From the NCBI GenBank assembly GCA_963823665.1, contig CAWGMQ010000005.1, positions 1,184,001-1,248,000 of the forward strand: a stretch of 64,000 nucleotides of DNA. Reading direction: 5' to 3'. The position numbers were made by a program, and so were the translations under genes. Numbering within the stretch: the first letter of the stretch is position 1; the number at the start of each line of letters is the position of its first letter. The stretch comes from an uncultured Planctomycetota bacterium (GTDB lineage Bacteria; Planctomycetota; Planctomycetia; Isosphaerales; Isosphaeraceae). The notes under the pieces were generated by a model that saw nothing but the letters and a program-made list of their open reading frames with translations, made no database searches and was not told where the DNA came from. Below, in pieces: positions 10,144 to 20,224 of the stretch.

Positions 10144-13100
10144 TCAGTTCCCACTCCGTTTCCGGAACTCGGGAACGATCCCGATGGCGATAGCGTTGCT
10201 TGGTGTTGTGCTTGGTGTTGCCGGGTTTCCCGTGAAATCCAGCATTCCCGTGGCCAGCAATTGATCGACTGCCGCAGCGGACGGACCATTCTCGCGGACA
10301 GCTTGAGTGATCAACCGTTGCACCGCAGCAGCTATCGATTTCTCTGCGGCCGCCATCCGTTCTTGCTGAATGGCCCGCCTGTTGGGTACCGCTGCGAGCC
10401 GCGCGTCGGTCGCGGCAAGCTCCCGCGCTTCGGCAAAGTATCGACTGGGTGCCGTGCGAAGTAATTCGGGCGCTGGGCCTTGCACGATCCCCCCTGAAAA
10501 CATCTTGACATAGTTGGTGCCGGACGTGCCGTTCCCGGCACCGTCAATCGGCACGCCGGTTGAACTTGTCAGCCCGCTCGGAGCTTCACCGTTAACCGTG
10601 AGCTGATAAAAGCTCTCGAGATTCAGGAGCTGCGACGGGAAGATCGTCACGGTCAAGGCCGTCGGATCGTACGCAACCGACTTGATGGGAATCATCGTGC
10701 CACTCGATGTCATGAGCATATAGTTGCTCACATTTTCAGCCGGCGTTGGGTCAAGCGCCGAGCTGAAGGTCAGAACGAGAGACGTCGGCTGCATGTGGAA
10801 TCCGAAGCGTACCAGCGACATCACCGTGGGCGCCGAAACGGCTGCGTAAGTGAACTGATCGGCGGTCGAGACAGCCGATGTGCCCGACGGTGTCGTCACG
10901 GTCACGTCCACCGTGCCGGTGCCAGCCGGGCTGTCCACGGTGATCGTGGTGTCGCTTACGACTGTCAGATTCGTCCCTGGCGTCGTGCCGAAGTCGACCG
11001 CCGTGGCTCCGGTGAAACTGGTCCCGGTGATCGTCACCAGAGTGCCGCCTGTGGCAGGACCGCTGGTCGGGCTCAGGCCTGTGACCACCGGCGCCGCTGT
11101 GACTGCATACGTGAACTGATCGGCGGACGATGTGGCCGACGTGCCCGCAGGCGTCGTCACGGTCACGTTCACCGTGCCGGTGCCAGCCGGGCTGTCCGCC
11201 GTGATCGTCGTGTCGTTCACCACCGTGACATTCGTCGCCGCCGTCGTGCCGAAATCGACTGCGGTGGCGCCGGTGAAACTGGTGCCGGTGATCGTCACCA
11301 ACGTGCCGCCGATCTCGAGACCGTTCGTCGGGCTCAGGCCAGTGACCGAGGGCGCAGCGGCTACCGTGTACGTGAACTCGTCGGCGGGCGTGACGGCCGA
11401 CTTGCCCCCAGGCGTCGTCACGGTCACATTCACGACGCCCGTGCCCGCCGGGCTGTCCGCTGTGATCGACGTAGCGCTCACCACCGTGACATTGGTCGCC
11501 GGCGTCGTCCCGAAGTCCACCGCCGTCGCGCCCGTGAAACCAGTGCCGGTGATCGTCACTGGAGTGCCGCCCGCCACCGGTCCAGTGGTCGGGCTCAAGC
11601 TCGTGACCGTGGGCGCCGCGACCACTTGGTACGTGAATTGATCAGCGGGAGACGTGGCGGAGACGCCCGCAGGGGTCGTCACCGTCACGTCCACCGTGCC
11701 GGTCCCTGCCGGGCTGTCCGCCGTGATCGAGGTGTCGCTCACCACGGTCACATTCGTCGCCGCCGTCGTCCCGAAGTCCACCGCCGTCGCGCCCGTGAAA
11801 CTCGTGCCGGTGATCGTCACCAGCGTGCCGCCGGCCGTCGGACCGCTTGTCGGGCTCAGGCCCGAGACCGCCGGCGCAGCCGCCGTGACATAGGTGAATT
11901 GATCGGCCGCAGATGTGGCCGATGTGCCCGCAGGCGTCGTCACGGTCACGTCCACCGTGCCGGTCCCTGCCGGGCTGTCCGCCGTGATCTCGCTGTCGCT
12001 CACCACGGTCACGTTCGTCGCCGCCGTCGTCCCGAAATCCACCGCCGTCGCGCCGGTGAAACTCGTGCCGGTGATCGTCACCAGCGTACCCCCGGCCTGC
12101 GAACCGGTGGTCGGGCTCAGGCCCGTCACCGTCGGCGCTACCGCGGCAGTGTAGGTAAATTGATCGGCTGCGGACGTGGCTGACATGCCCAAGGGCGTCG
12201 TCACCGTCACGTCCACTGTGCCGGTGCCAGCCGGGCTGTCCGCCGTGATCGAGGTGTCATTGACCACAGTGACATTCGTCGCCGCCGTCGTTCCAAAGTC
12301 GACCGCCGTCGCGCCGGTGAAGCCGGTGCCCGCGATCGTCACCAACGTGCCGCCGGCCGTCGAGCCGCCCGTCGGGCTCAGGCCCGTGACCACCGGCGCG
12401 GCAGCCGCGGTGTACGTGAATTGATTGGCCGCAGACGTGGCCGACGTGCCCCCTGGCGTCGTCACCGTCACGTTGATCGTGCCGCTCCCGGCCGGGCTGT
12501 CGGCCGTGATCGTCGTGTCGTTCACCACGTCCAGATTCGTCGCCGCGGTCGTGCCAAAGTCAACCACGGTGGCGCCGGTGAAACCAGTGCCCGAAATTGT
12601 CACGGGAGTACCGCCGGCCGTCGAACCGCCCGTCGGGCTCAGGGCTGTGACCGCAGGCGCGACGATGTAGGTGAATTGATCGGCCGCAGACGTGGCCGAC
12701 TTGCCCGCCGGGGTCGTCACGGTCACGTCCACCGTGCCGGTGCCCGCGGGACTGTCCGCCGTGACCGTCGTGTCGTTCACGATCGTGACATTCGTCGCCG
12801 CCGTCGTGCCGAAATCGACTGCGGTGGCGCCGGTGAAACTGGTGCCGGTGATCGTCACCAGAGTGCCGCCGGCCGCCGGACCGCTCGTCGGGCTCAGGCC
12901 CGTGACCACCGGCGCAGCGGCTACCGTGTATGTGAACTCATCGGCCGGCGATACGGCAGACGTGCCCTCCGGTGTTGTCACTGTCAGGTTCACGACGCCA
13001 GTGCCAGCCGGGCTGTCCGCCGTGATCATGGTGTCGCTGACGACATCCAGATTCGTCGCTGCCGTCGTCCCGAAATCGACCGTCGTCGCTCCCGTGAAGC

Positions 13101-13278
13101 TCGTGCCGCTGATCGTCACCGAAGTGCCGCCGGCTTCCAGACCGCTGGTCGGGCTCAAGCCCGTCACCGTCGGAGGTGATAGCAGCGTCCTCAGCTCCAT
13201 CCATTCGATTCGAGGCCGGCTTGCCCTGAACCGCTTCAATTTGTCGGACCGTCCCACGGCGAGCGCGCGCAGAATCAT
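10144..13278 (-). CDS. IPT/TIG-repeat surface protein (9 repeats) with LEPR-XLL-type N-terminus and C-terminal Ig-like module
   Basis: PRIEWMELRTLLS followed by nine ~87-aa PxVTGLSPTSG..GGTLVTITGTSFTGATAVDFG...ADQFTY units (about 261-bp period); GGAGG RBS before ATG 13278. Confidence 0.92.
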   Translation of the reverse strand: MILRALAVGRSDKLKRFRASRPRIEWMELRTLLSPPTVTGLSPTSGLEAGGTSVTISGTSFTGATTVDFGTTAATNLDVVSDTMITADSPAGTGVVNLTVTTPEGTSAVSPADEFTYTVAAAPVVTGLSPTSGPAAGGTLVTITGTSFTGATAVDFGTTAATNVTIVNDTTVTADSPAGTGTVDVTVTTPAGKSATSAADQFTYIVAPAVTALSPTGGSTAGGTPVTISGTGFTGATVVDFGTTAATNLDVVNDTTITADSPAGSGTINVTVTTPGGTSATSAANQFTYTAAAAPVVTGLSPTGGSTAGGTLVTIAGTGFTGATAVDFGTTAATNVTVVNDTSITADSPAGTGTVDVTVTTPLGMSATSAADQFTYTAAVAPTVTGLSPTTGSQAGGTLVTITGTSFTGATAVDFGTTAATNVTVVSDSEITADSPAGTGTVDVTVTTPAGTSATSAADQFTYVTAAAPAVSGLSPTSGPTAGGTLVTITGTSFTGATAVDFGTTAATNVTVVSDTSITADSPAGTGTVDVTVTTPAGVSATSPADQFTYQVVAAPTVTSLSPTTGPVAGGTPVTITGTGFTGATAVDFGTTPATNVTVVSATSITADSPAGTGVVNVTVTTPGGKSAVTPADEFTYTVAAAPSVTGLSPTNGLEIGGTLVTITGTSFTGATAVDFGTTAATNVTVVNDTTITADSPAGTGTVNVTVTTPAGTSATSSADQFTYAVTAAPVVTGLSPTSGPATGGTLVTITGTSFTGATAVDFGTTPGTNLTVVSDTTITVDSPAGTGTVDVTVTTPSGTSAVSTADQFTYAAVSAPTVMSLVRFGFHMQPTSLVLTFSSALDPTPAENVSNYMLMTSSGTMIPIKSVAYDPTALTVTIFPSQLLNLESFYQLTVNGEAPSGLTSSTGVPIDGAGNGTSGTNYVKMFSGGIVQGPAPELLRTAPSRYFAEARELAATDARLAAVPNRRAIQQERMAAAEKSIAAAVQRLITQAVRENGPSAAAVDQLLATGMLDFTGNPATPSTTPSNAIAIGIVPEFRKRSGN

Positions 13279-13991
13279 GGTGATTGCCTCCAAAGCTGTG
13301 GCGAGTCGACCAAATGAAGATTCAGAAACTCACGAGACCGGCCTCATCCGGGGGAAACTCACGGCACGGTTGCCACGTAGCGACCGCCACGGGGCACAGC
13401 GCCCCGGTAATAGGTCACACCAACCGAAGTCGCACGAACACAACAGACACCGCACCCGACTCGATGGATCGAATTAATCAGGTCGAAGTCGCACTAAAGT
13501 GACATCCACTGTTTGCAAAAGCATGAAGACACACAAAATAACCAGGGAAAGGACGGTTGTAAATACACTGGTCAAAATGGACTATCTGTACAAAGTAGTG
13601 AGCTTTTGAGGGATTCGTGATCCCGGCAAAATATGGCGGTGGCTTGGAAGATCGGTTTTGGGAAAAGCTTTCGCGGATCGGTCAAATTTGCTAGCAACAA
13701 TTGCGCCAAGCGCTATCCCATGTTTGAGGTTGCGCATCGTGACTCATCACGCCGCAAACTCCGAATTCTCAATCGGTCGCTACATTAACGGCATCCGCCC
13801 GCTGAACCAGCAGCGAGAGCGCAGCGACGGAAGTACGCGCGATGTCGCAGGCTTGAGCCGTCGTGCTGCACCGGTGCACTATCTTGGGATATACTGGCGC
13901 CAGGTCCGATCCGCGCTGGACACCACGAACTGTTCATCATCGCTTGCGGCCGGTAGCTGATTCCAACGACCCGATTCAAGGAGCATCGATC

Positions 13992-14690
13992 ATGTCCGGT
14001 GCGAAGGGCGTCAAGCCGCGGCCCGGCCGTTTGCTCATGGGCTTGCCGCCCGACACGCGTGTTGTCATCGCCGACGTCACGTGGAACGACTACGCGCGGC
14101 TCGTGGATGCGGTCGCCGAGGGCGAGAACTGCCGCGTCGCCTATGACGGGAAGGATGTCGAACTCATGAACGTCGGCCCCGTTCACGATTCGTACAGTGA
14201 GATCCTGGGGTTATTCGTTAACCTGGTTGCCGAAGAGCTCCAGATCGATCTGAGAGGAGCGCGATCGACGACGTGGAGGCGCAGGAAATTGAATCGGGGA
14301 ATCGAGGCCGATCTATCGTACTTCGTTGACGCCGCGAAAGTGGCTGCTTTTGATGCTGCGCTCGCGAGGCGGTCTGGGAAAATCAAAGATTACCCCAATC
14401 CGGACCTGGCTGCTGAAGTCGATATCTCACGTCCGAAGATTGATCGCCAGGGGATCTATGCTGCGCTTCAGGTCTCCGAGGTCTGGCGTGTTTTCGAGGA
14501 GCACGTGTCGATCGAGCAACTCCAATCTGACGGGAAGTACCTGGCGGCTGTCAGCAGCCGGTTCCTCCGTGTCACGCCTGACGACGTGGAGCGCTGGGTC
14601 TTGCGCGAAGGTGCCCGAGGTAGTGTGACGTGGAAGCAACGATTGCGCGAATGGGTACGGAATGAGCTCCGTTCCAGGACGGCCCTGTAG
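13992..14690 (+). CDS. Uma2 family (DUF820) PD-(D/E)XK endonuclease-like protein
   Basis: VTWNDY, RVAYDG..ELM..GPVHD, GIEADLSYF, PDLAAEVDIS, IYAALQVSEVWR; AAGGAG RBS. Confidence 0.9.
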   Translation: MSGAKGVKPRPGRLLMGLPPDTRVVIADVTWNDYARLVDAVAEGENCRVAYDGKDVELMNVGPVHDSYSEILGLFVNLVAEELQIDLRGARSTTWRRRKLNRGIEADLSYFVDAAKVAAFDAALARRSGKIKDYPNPDLAAEVDISRPKIDRQGIYAALQVSEVWRVFEEHVSIEQLQSDGKYLAAVSSRFLRVTPDDVERWVLREGARGSVTWKQRLREWVRNELRSRTAL

Positions 14691-14703
14691 GGCTTGTTCT
14701 CCT

Positions 14704-14967
14704 TTATGCTTCCTCGTCTTCCTTGATTGCTCGGTCGATCTCTTCAGCGTGCGTCCGGTAATAGGACCAAGCGACCGTCAAGTCGGCCTCGGTCAAGTCC
14801 GGGTGGTGTTCTCGGATCTGCGCATCGGACAACCCCAGCCGGCGCCACGCAACGAGACCCGCGACCGTGTGCCGCGTATTTCGAATGCATGGCTCGCCAC
14901 CACACACCTCGGAAGCCGATTGAATCCAGCTTTCTGTGCTAACCGGAGTCGGTTACATCGTGTTCAT
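14704..14967 (-). pseudogene. DUF433 (VapB45-like antitoxin) with in-frame stop after codon 4; no cognate toxin follows
   Basis: In frame: MNTM*PTPVSTESWIQSASEVCGGEPCIRNTRHTV...HPDLTEADLTVAWSYYRTHAEEID. A short form from GTG 14907 is possible. Confidence 0.7.
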
Positions 14968-15063
14968 GACTCCAACGACAGGGAGAATGAGTCGCTCTCG
15001 CTCGAGCGGCGGCAAGAGGCCCTACTGCAAAGTATCGCCGTCACGAGCGTGATGTCAAACAGG

Positions 15064-17367
15064 CTACGCCCGGTCCTGGCTCGCAACAGCCCTGGACTCG
15101 ACCCGAAGATGGCACCACCGCCTCCACATTTCACGGTAAGCGGCTTCGACCGATCGGGCGAAGCGCGGCGCATCCGAGAGTGGAGAGGCCTGCAAACGAT
15201 CTCGAAGGGTCGCACGAAGCGCACCGAGACGCGGCACATCGCCGGCCAGGGCGACCGCGATGCTCACGAATTGGTCCGATGTCTCGGCAACCAGTTCCGG
15301 CAGACCGACGTTGGTTAACAAAGAGAGTCCCGCTCGTGCGACTGGCGTATCGCCCACGAGAGTGACGACCGGAACGCCTTGCCAGAATCCGTCGAGGCTG
15401 GTGGTGTGTCCGTTATACGGGAAGGTGTCGAGGCCGATGTCGATGCGATGGTAGAGCTCCAGATACCGCGGGCGAGGCTGCCTGGGGACGAAGGTCACCC
15501 TATCGCGGCTTATGCCTTCCCGTTCCAGCAAATCCAAGGTACGCCGGCGCACCGAGCCCCCAGGGGCCAGGAGCAACAGCCGCGAGCCGTCGACGGCCGT
15601 GAGGACCTGAGCCCAAAGCTTCAGGACCGAATCATTCACCTTGCAGAAGTTGTTGAGGCAGCCGAACGTGATGCAGCCGTTCTCCACCGCTGGCAAGGCG
15701 CTGACCGCCGGTTCCCCGGCGAGCGGATCGTAGCACCAGAAGGCGTCGGGAAGGCGGATCGATTCCTCCGAGTAGTCCTGATCGTGAAGCCCCGGAGGAT
15801 CGATGAAGGGGTCAGTGAGGCGGTAGTCAATGGTCGAAAGGCCGGTGGTGCCTGGATAGGCAAGCCAGCAGACTTGAACAGGCGCCGGCTTGCGGGCGAA
15901 GACCAGCAGACGATTCCCGGCCATGTGCATACCAAGGTCGACGAGAATGTCGATCCCGTCCTGGCGGACGAGCGCGGCGACCTGCTCGTCGGAAAGACCG
16001 GCGATGCTCCGCCAGACATCGGCAAGAGAACGGAGCCGCGCGGTGATCTCGTCAGGACGAGCGACATCTGCATAGCAGTATATCTCGAAGTTCTCGTGAT
16101 CATGTACGGAGAGAAGGGGCACCATGAAGAACGACTGGGCATGGTCGCGAAAGTCCGGCGAAACATAGCCGATTCGCAGCCGGCGCTGGGAAGAGCCGTC
16201 GTTCAAATGCGGTTGAATGACGCGTGCGAGTGGCTCGGCGAACCGCCGGCTCCAATGCCGGTGTTCCTCCAAGATCGCTCGCGCGTCAAAGCCGGAGCAG
16301 AAGATCAGAGTGTAGAGCAGGTTGCTGTGCGCCGTATGAACGTCTGACTCGAGCTCCATGGCCCGCCGGAACGAGGCAACCGCTTCGTTCAAGGCCCCCT
16401 GATCCTTGAGCGCATTGCCCAGGTTGTTGTGCGCCTCCGCGTACGTAGGGTCCCGTCTCAGTGCTTGCCGATACCACGCCACCGCTTCGTCCAGGTTCCC
16501 GCGCTCCTGCCAGAGGAGCCCCAGGTTGTAGTGCGCCAGGGCGTAGTCGGGCTTCAGTTGCAGCGCCCGCTGATAGCATGCCACAGCTTCGTCCAGCTCG
16601 TCTCGATCCTTGTGAGTATTACCGAGGTTGTTGTGCGCCTCCGCGTAGTCGGGCTTCAATCGCAGCGCTCGCTCATAGCATGCCGCGGCTTCGTCCGGCT
16701 TGCCCTGACCCATCAAAACATTACCCAGGTTGTTGTGCGCCTCCGCGTGGTCGGGTTTCAGTTCCAGTGCTCGCTGATAACACGCCGCGGCTTCGTCCGG
16801 CTCGCCCTGACCCATCAAAACATTACCCAGGTTGTTGTGCGCCTCCGTGTAGTCGGGTTTCAGTTCCAGCGCTCGCTGATAACACGCCGCGGCTTCGTCC
16901 GTCTTACCCTGACGCATGAAAACATTACCCAGGTTGTTGTGTGCCTCGGCGTAGCCAGGTTTAAGTTGCAGCGCTCGCTGATAACACGCCACGGCTTGAT
17001 CGAGATCCCCATGGTCGCGCCAGGCGAGCCCCAAGTTGTTGTGCATCTCGGCGTAGTCGGGCTTCAGTTGCACCGCTCGCTGATAACACGCAATGGCCTC
17101 GTCGAGCTTTCCCAGGTCCGTGCAGGCGTTTCCCAGGTTGAAGTGCGCCTCGGCCCAGTCGGGTCTGAGCGCGAGAGCACGCCCGATGCACTCGACTCCG
17201 GCTTGAGTATTGCCGACATGACAAGCGATGAGCCCCAGCAGGTGCCACGCATCCGGGTGAAGAGGGTCAGTGGCAAGAATCTGCCTGTAGATCGCCTCCG
17301 CCTCGCGCAATCGGCCCTCCCGTTGATGCTCAATAGCGATGGCCAGGGCCTCGGCAATCGTAGGCAT
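15064..17367 (-). CDS. TPR-containing SPINDLY/OGT-type glycosyltransferase (GT41)
   Basis: About 10 TPRs (AEAHNNLGN) followed by RLRIGYVSPDFRDH, KPAPVQVCWLAYPGTTGL, FGCLNNFCKVN and LDTFPYNGHTT. Confidence 0.92.
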   Translation of the reverse strand: MPTIAEALAIAIEHQREGRLREAEAIYRQILATDPLHPDAWHLLGLIACHVGNTQAGVECIGRALALRPDWAEAHFNLGNACTDLGKLDEAIACYQRAVQLKPDYAEMHNNLGLAWRDHGDLDQAVACYQRALQLKPGYAEAHNNLGNVFMRQGKTDEAAACYQRALELKPDYTEAHNNLGNVLMGQGEPDEAAACYQRALELKPDHAEAHNNLGNVLMGQGKPDEAAACYERALRLKPDYAEAHNNLGNTHKDRDELDEAVACYQRALQLKPDYALAHYNLGLLWQERGNLDEAVAWYRQALRRDPTYAEAHNNLGNALKDQGALNEAVASFRRAMELESDVHTAHSNLLYTLIFCSGFDARAILEEHRHWSRRFAEPLARVIQPHLNDGSSQRRLRIGYVSPDFRDHAQSFFMVPLLSVHDHENFEIYCYADVARPDEITARLRSLADVWRSIAGLSDEQVAALVRQDGIDILVDLGMHMAGNRLLVFARKPAPVQVCWLAYPGTTGLSTIDYRLTDPFIDPPGLHDQDYSEESIRLPDAFWCYDPLAGEPAVSALPAVENGCITFGCLNNFCKVNDSVLKLWAQVLTAVDGSRLLLLAPGGSVRRRTLDLLEREGISRDRVTFVPRQPRPRYLELYHRIDIGLDTFPYNGHTTSLDGFWQGVPVVTLVGDTPVARAGLSLLTNVGLPELVAETSDQFVSIAVALAGDVPRLGALRATLRDRLQASPLSDAPRFARSVEAAYREMWRRWCHLRVESRAVASQDRA
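16620..17100 (-). repeat. Near-identical 102-bp tandem repeats encoding TPR units
   Basis: acccaggttgttgtgcgcctcc...gctcgctgataacacgccgcggcttcgtcc recurs at 102-bp spacing. Confidence 0.85.
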
Positions 17368-17713
17368 GGTTACCGTACCACCAATGAAAGCAAGCACATG
17401 GAAAGCAAGAACATGCATTGTATTCCTGACAGACACCCGCGGTTCAGGTACCTTCCGTCGATCGATCACCCAGGGAGTTCCACCCATGACGACGCCCCGC
17501 GAGCATCTCGTCAACCCCATCGAAACTCCGGCGATTCGTACGTGTGCATTACTATATACTAATATAATTTTAAAATTCGTGTATTTTCTTGGTTTCAATC
17601 GATACAATGCAATTCTGAAGGTGAGCCTCGCTACCGTCGACGGCGATTCAGCACCTTGCCGGATCACGGCGGGTGGTGAAAAGCAAACGGCGGCGGCCGC
17701 AAAGGGGTATGCG

Positions 17714-18196
17714 ATGTGGAAACATCACGCGGGACGAATGGACTTCCACGAGCCGCTCTTTCAGCTCCTGGAGCGCGGGTGGCGATTCCAGGAATTCGGC
17801 CCGACCGCCGGCGCTCGGGAGGGTGGTTGCTGGGCCGTAACCGGGTTTCACCGATGGGCGCGGGTGCGGGTCGACCGCCTCGAACGAAGGGATGCGTGGG
17901 CCGCGGCCGTGCGTCTGGCACTGAAGGCCGCCATCAAGCGCAGGCCCTTCCTGACTGCGCCTACCACCGGCACCAGGCGGAGCTCGCCGGACGATCCAAC
18001 GGTCTTTGACGAGGAGCAAATGCGGCTCAGGGCGATGGGATGGTCGTTCTCCGAGCACCAGACGGCCCAGGAGAGTGGCCGGGTGGGATGGGTGGTGAGC
18101 GGAACTCGGCGTGGGCGGAGAATTCGAGCCCTGGACGACGATCGCTCCGACGCGTGGGGTACGGCCCTGATCCTGGCGGGCGTGACGTCCACGTAG
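17714..18196 (+). CDS. Hypothetical protein made of two tandem copies of a ~60-aa Trp-rich domain
   Basis: LLERGWRFQE...WAVTG...RVRV...RRDAWAAAVRLA vs LRAMGWSFSE...WVVSG...RIRA...RSDAWGTALILA. Confidence 0.6.
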   Translation: MWKHHAGRMDFHEPLFQLLERGWRFQEFGPTAGAREGGCWAVTGFHRWARVRVDRLERRDAWAAAVRLALKAAIKRRPFLTAPTTGTRRSSPDDPTVFDEEQMRLRAMGWSFSEHQTAQESGRVGWVVSGTRRGRRIRALDDDRSDAWGTALILAGVTST

Positions 18197-18246
18197 GCCT
18201 TCCCGTACGTGGATCGATGTCACAGGTAGCGCGAATCGACACCGAG

Positions 18247-19461
18247 CTAGAGATTGGAGGCGGTTTTGACCGCTACGTTAGCACGCTCGCCGGTAGAACC
18301 GACCAGTGTCCTGCGCTCGGTCGACGCAACCTCGACAAAGAGGTCAAGATACTCCCGGCCCACATTTGGCCAGAACATGGGCTTGGCGTAGTCGTAAGCC
18401 TTTCGCTGCGTCTCCAGCCGAAGGGCGGTGTCGCTCAAGTAACGGACTGTCGCATCCGCCAGGGGAGCGCTCTGGGCAAAAGGGACGATCTGGCCCCGAC
18501 CTTCTGCCAGGACTTCCTCGGCATAGAGGTAGGGTGTGCTCACAATGGCCCGTCCGGCCGCCATCGCGTAAGCCAGAGTGCCGCTGGCGATCTGGTCCTT
18601 GCCCGGATAGGGGGTGACGTACACGTCGCACGCTTGCAAGTAGACCATGAGCTCAGACAGCTCGAGATACTGGTTTACAAACCGGACGTGCGCCCCGACA
18701 CCAAGTGCTTCGGCCATCGCGACCAGGCTCTTCCTGTAGATCTCCCCTTCCTGGCGTTTGACCTCGGGGTGGGTCACGCCGACGATGATGTAAATGGCCT
18801 TGGGACACGAGGCCACGATTCGCGGCATGGCCTGGATCATGTATTCCAGCCCCTTACCCCGATTGATCAGTCCGAATGTGCAGATCAGGCGTTCACCCCG
18901 CAATCCGAGCCGCTTCTTGCTGGTCTCACCGCTTTCAAACGCGACTTCGGGTACTCCGTGCGGAATCACGCGCACACGGTCCGTCGGAATCTGATACACG
19001 CCCGCCAGAAGCCGCGCGGTGCGCTTGGTCATGACCACAATGCCTCGGCTTTGGGCCGCTAAACTTCGGATCAGGTGCCTGGGCAAGGGCGCAGGCTCTG
19101 TCATCAACGTGTGAAACGTCGTGATGATGGGCTTGCGGCAAGCGCGCACGAAGTCCAGCACACCCCTTCCCCACTCACCGGGATAAAGACCGAATTCATG
19201 CTGCAAGCTCACGAGGTCGCAAGAGCTTTGATTGGCCATTTGAGCGGCCAATCGGTAGGCATCTTTACCCTGGTTCCCTATGACGTGGACAACTCGAGGG
19301 TCTCGGTAATGACACGCATTGATCTTGTCGATCGCGATCACCGACGACACGCCCCCCGTCGCCGCCTTGTCGACCGCATCGGCTGAATCCTTGGTAAAAG
19401 TGGCGAGCCCACATTCCGCGGGCGGATAGGTCGAAACAAACAGAGGACGTGCAGCCTGCAA
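18247..19461 (-). CDS. GT4 family glycosyltransferase (mannosyltransferase-like)
   Basis: [59 protein letters not shown]...VSTPY; GGAGG RBS. Confidence 0.9.
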   Translation of the reverse strand: MQAARPLFVSTYPPAECGLATFTKDSADAVDKAATGGVSSVIAIDKINACHYRDPRVVHVIGNQGKDAYRLAAQMANQSSCDLVSLQHEFGLYPGEWGRGVLDFVRACRKPIITTFHTLMTEPAPLPRHLIRSLAAQSRGIVVMTKRTARLLAGVYQIPTDRVRVIPHGVPEVAFESGETSKKRLGLRGERLICTFGLINRGKGLEYMIQAMPRIVASCPKAIYIIVGVTHPEVKRQEGEIYRKSLVAMAEALGVGAHVRFVNQYLELSELMVYLQACDVYVTPYPGKDQIASGTLAYAMAAGRAIVSTPYLYAEEVLAEGRGQIVPFAQSAPLADATVRYLSDTALRLETQRKAYDYAKPMFWPNVGREYLDLFVEVASTERRTLVGSTGERANVAVKTASNL

Positions 19462-19592
19462 TCACCACCTCCAGATTTTTTCACTGCTGTCGTCAACGTC
19501 GAAGTCCTACACGCATAAGCCACCCATGCGACGGATTGGCAAAGAGGCTCCCCTCACTCCGACCGGACGTCCGCGGTCCCTTCTTGCGCCAC

Positions 19593-19811
19593 CTATGACG
19601 CGGGATTCCGCAGCGTCCCGTCCGCTCCGTTGCTCTCGTGGATTCGTTCCCAGACCTCGGAGCGATGGACAGGGACAGAGGCGTCAGCCTCGAAGCCCAG
19701 TCGTACGCTCCCATTCTTGATCTCGAGTACGGTCACTTTGAGCATTTGCTTAAAGAGGCCAGACCCACCCACCACGACCGATTCCATACTCTTCCTCGTA
19801 AGGACTAACAT
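19593..19811 (-). CDS. csrA: Carbon storage regulator CsrA/RsmA
   Basis: MLVLTRK..ESVVVG...VTVLEI..GSVRLGFEA..SVPVHRSEV; AAGGAG RBS. Confidence 0.92.
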   Translation of the reverse strand: MLVLTRKSMESVVVGGSGLFKQMLKVTVLEIKNGSVRLGFEADASVPVHRSEVWERIHESNGADGTLRNPAS

Positions 19812-19985
19812 CGTTGTGCTCCTTCCTCATGATCGATCGATCGTTCCACTTCCGCTCCAGGCGTCCGCGGGTATGCCATGCGCAAGCAGAAACACCTGCA
19901 CCATCGCACCCGCCGTGCATACGTTGAATCGGCTTGTTCCATCGGTTCGTCTCGAGTCATCGTGGTCATCCCTCGCCAGCGCAAC

Positions 19986-20035
19986 AAAAAAGCCGGCGTG
20001 GTCAAACACCCAGAGGTGTTCGACCACGCCGGCTT
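19986..20035 (-). terminator. Intrinsic terminator with a 21-bp stem
   Basis: Minus-strand RNA AAGCCGGCGUGGUCGAACACC-UCUG-GGUGUUUGACCACGCCGGCUU-UUUU. The single DNA mismatch is a G-U pair only on the minus strand. Confidence 0.85.
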
Positions 20036-20100
20036 ACTCGTCAACGAGCCTCCTGGCAAAGCCAGGTTGCCCTTTACCTAGTCGTCCGGAGACGTCAATT
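19986..20100 (-). ncRNA. Candidate structured RNA (cis-regulatory leader or sRNA) between dltC and csrA
   Basis: Consecutive hairpins CGUC-UCCG-GACG (cUNCGg loop), CCUGGC-UUU-GCCAGG and CUCG-UUGA-CGAG, then the terminator. No family recognised. Confidence 0.45.
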
Positions 20101-20224
20101 CATCAGATTGATAGGAACTGCCTGCTCGTTTGCACAGGCATGCCAAGCGGGCTCATTGTCCGATACCAGAGCATAAATAGCAAGGGATAAGGTTTTATTG
20201 TTCGTACGATGATGGTCAGATAAC

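Noticed and set aside
13300..13990. AT-rich intergenic stretch as a possible RNA gene
   Set aside because: No convincing hairpins or tRNA/riboswitch motifs; most likely divergent promoters.
17368..17667. Upstream extensions of ORFs (also 29326-29949, 29749-29958, 40124-40439)
   Set aside because: They overlap promoters or opposite-strand genes; homology-like sequence and RBS begin at downstream starts.
20040..20080. Resemblance of AAAGGGCAACC...GGAGGC to the c-di-GMP-I riboswitch
   Set aside because: No GNRA loop, no GCAAA junction and no receptor stem, so it is kept only as an unclassified RNA candidate.
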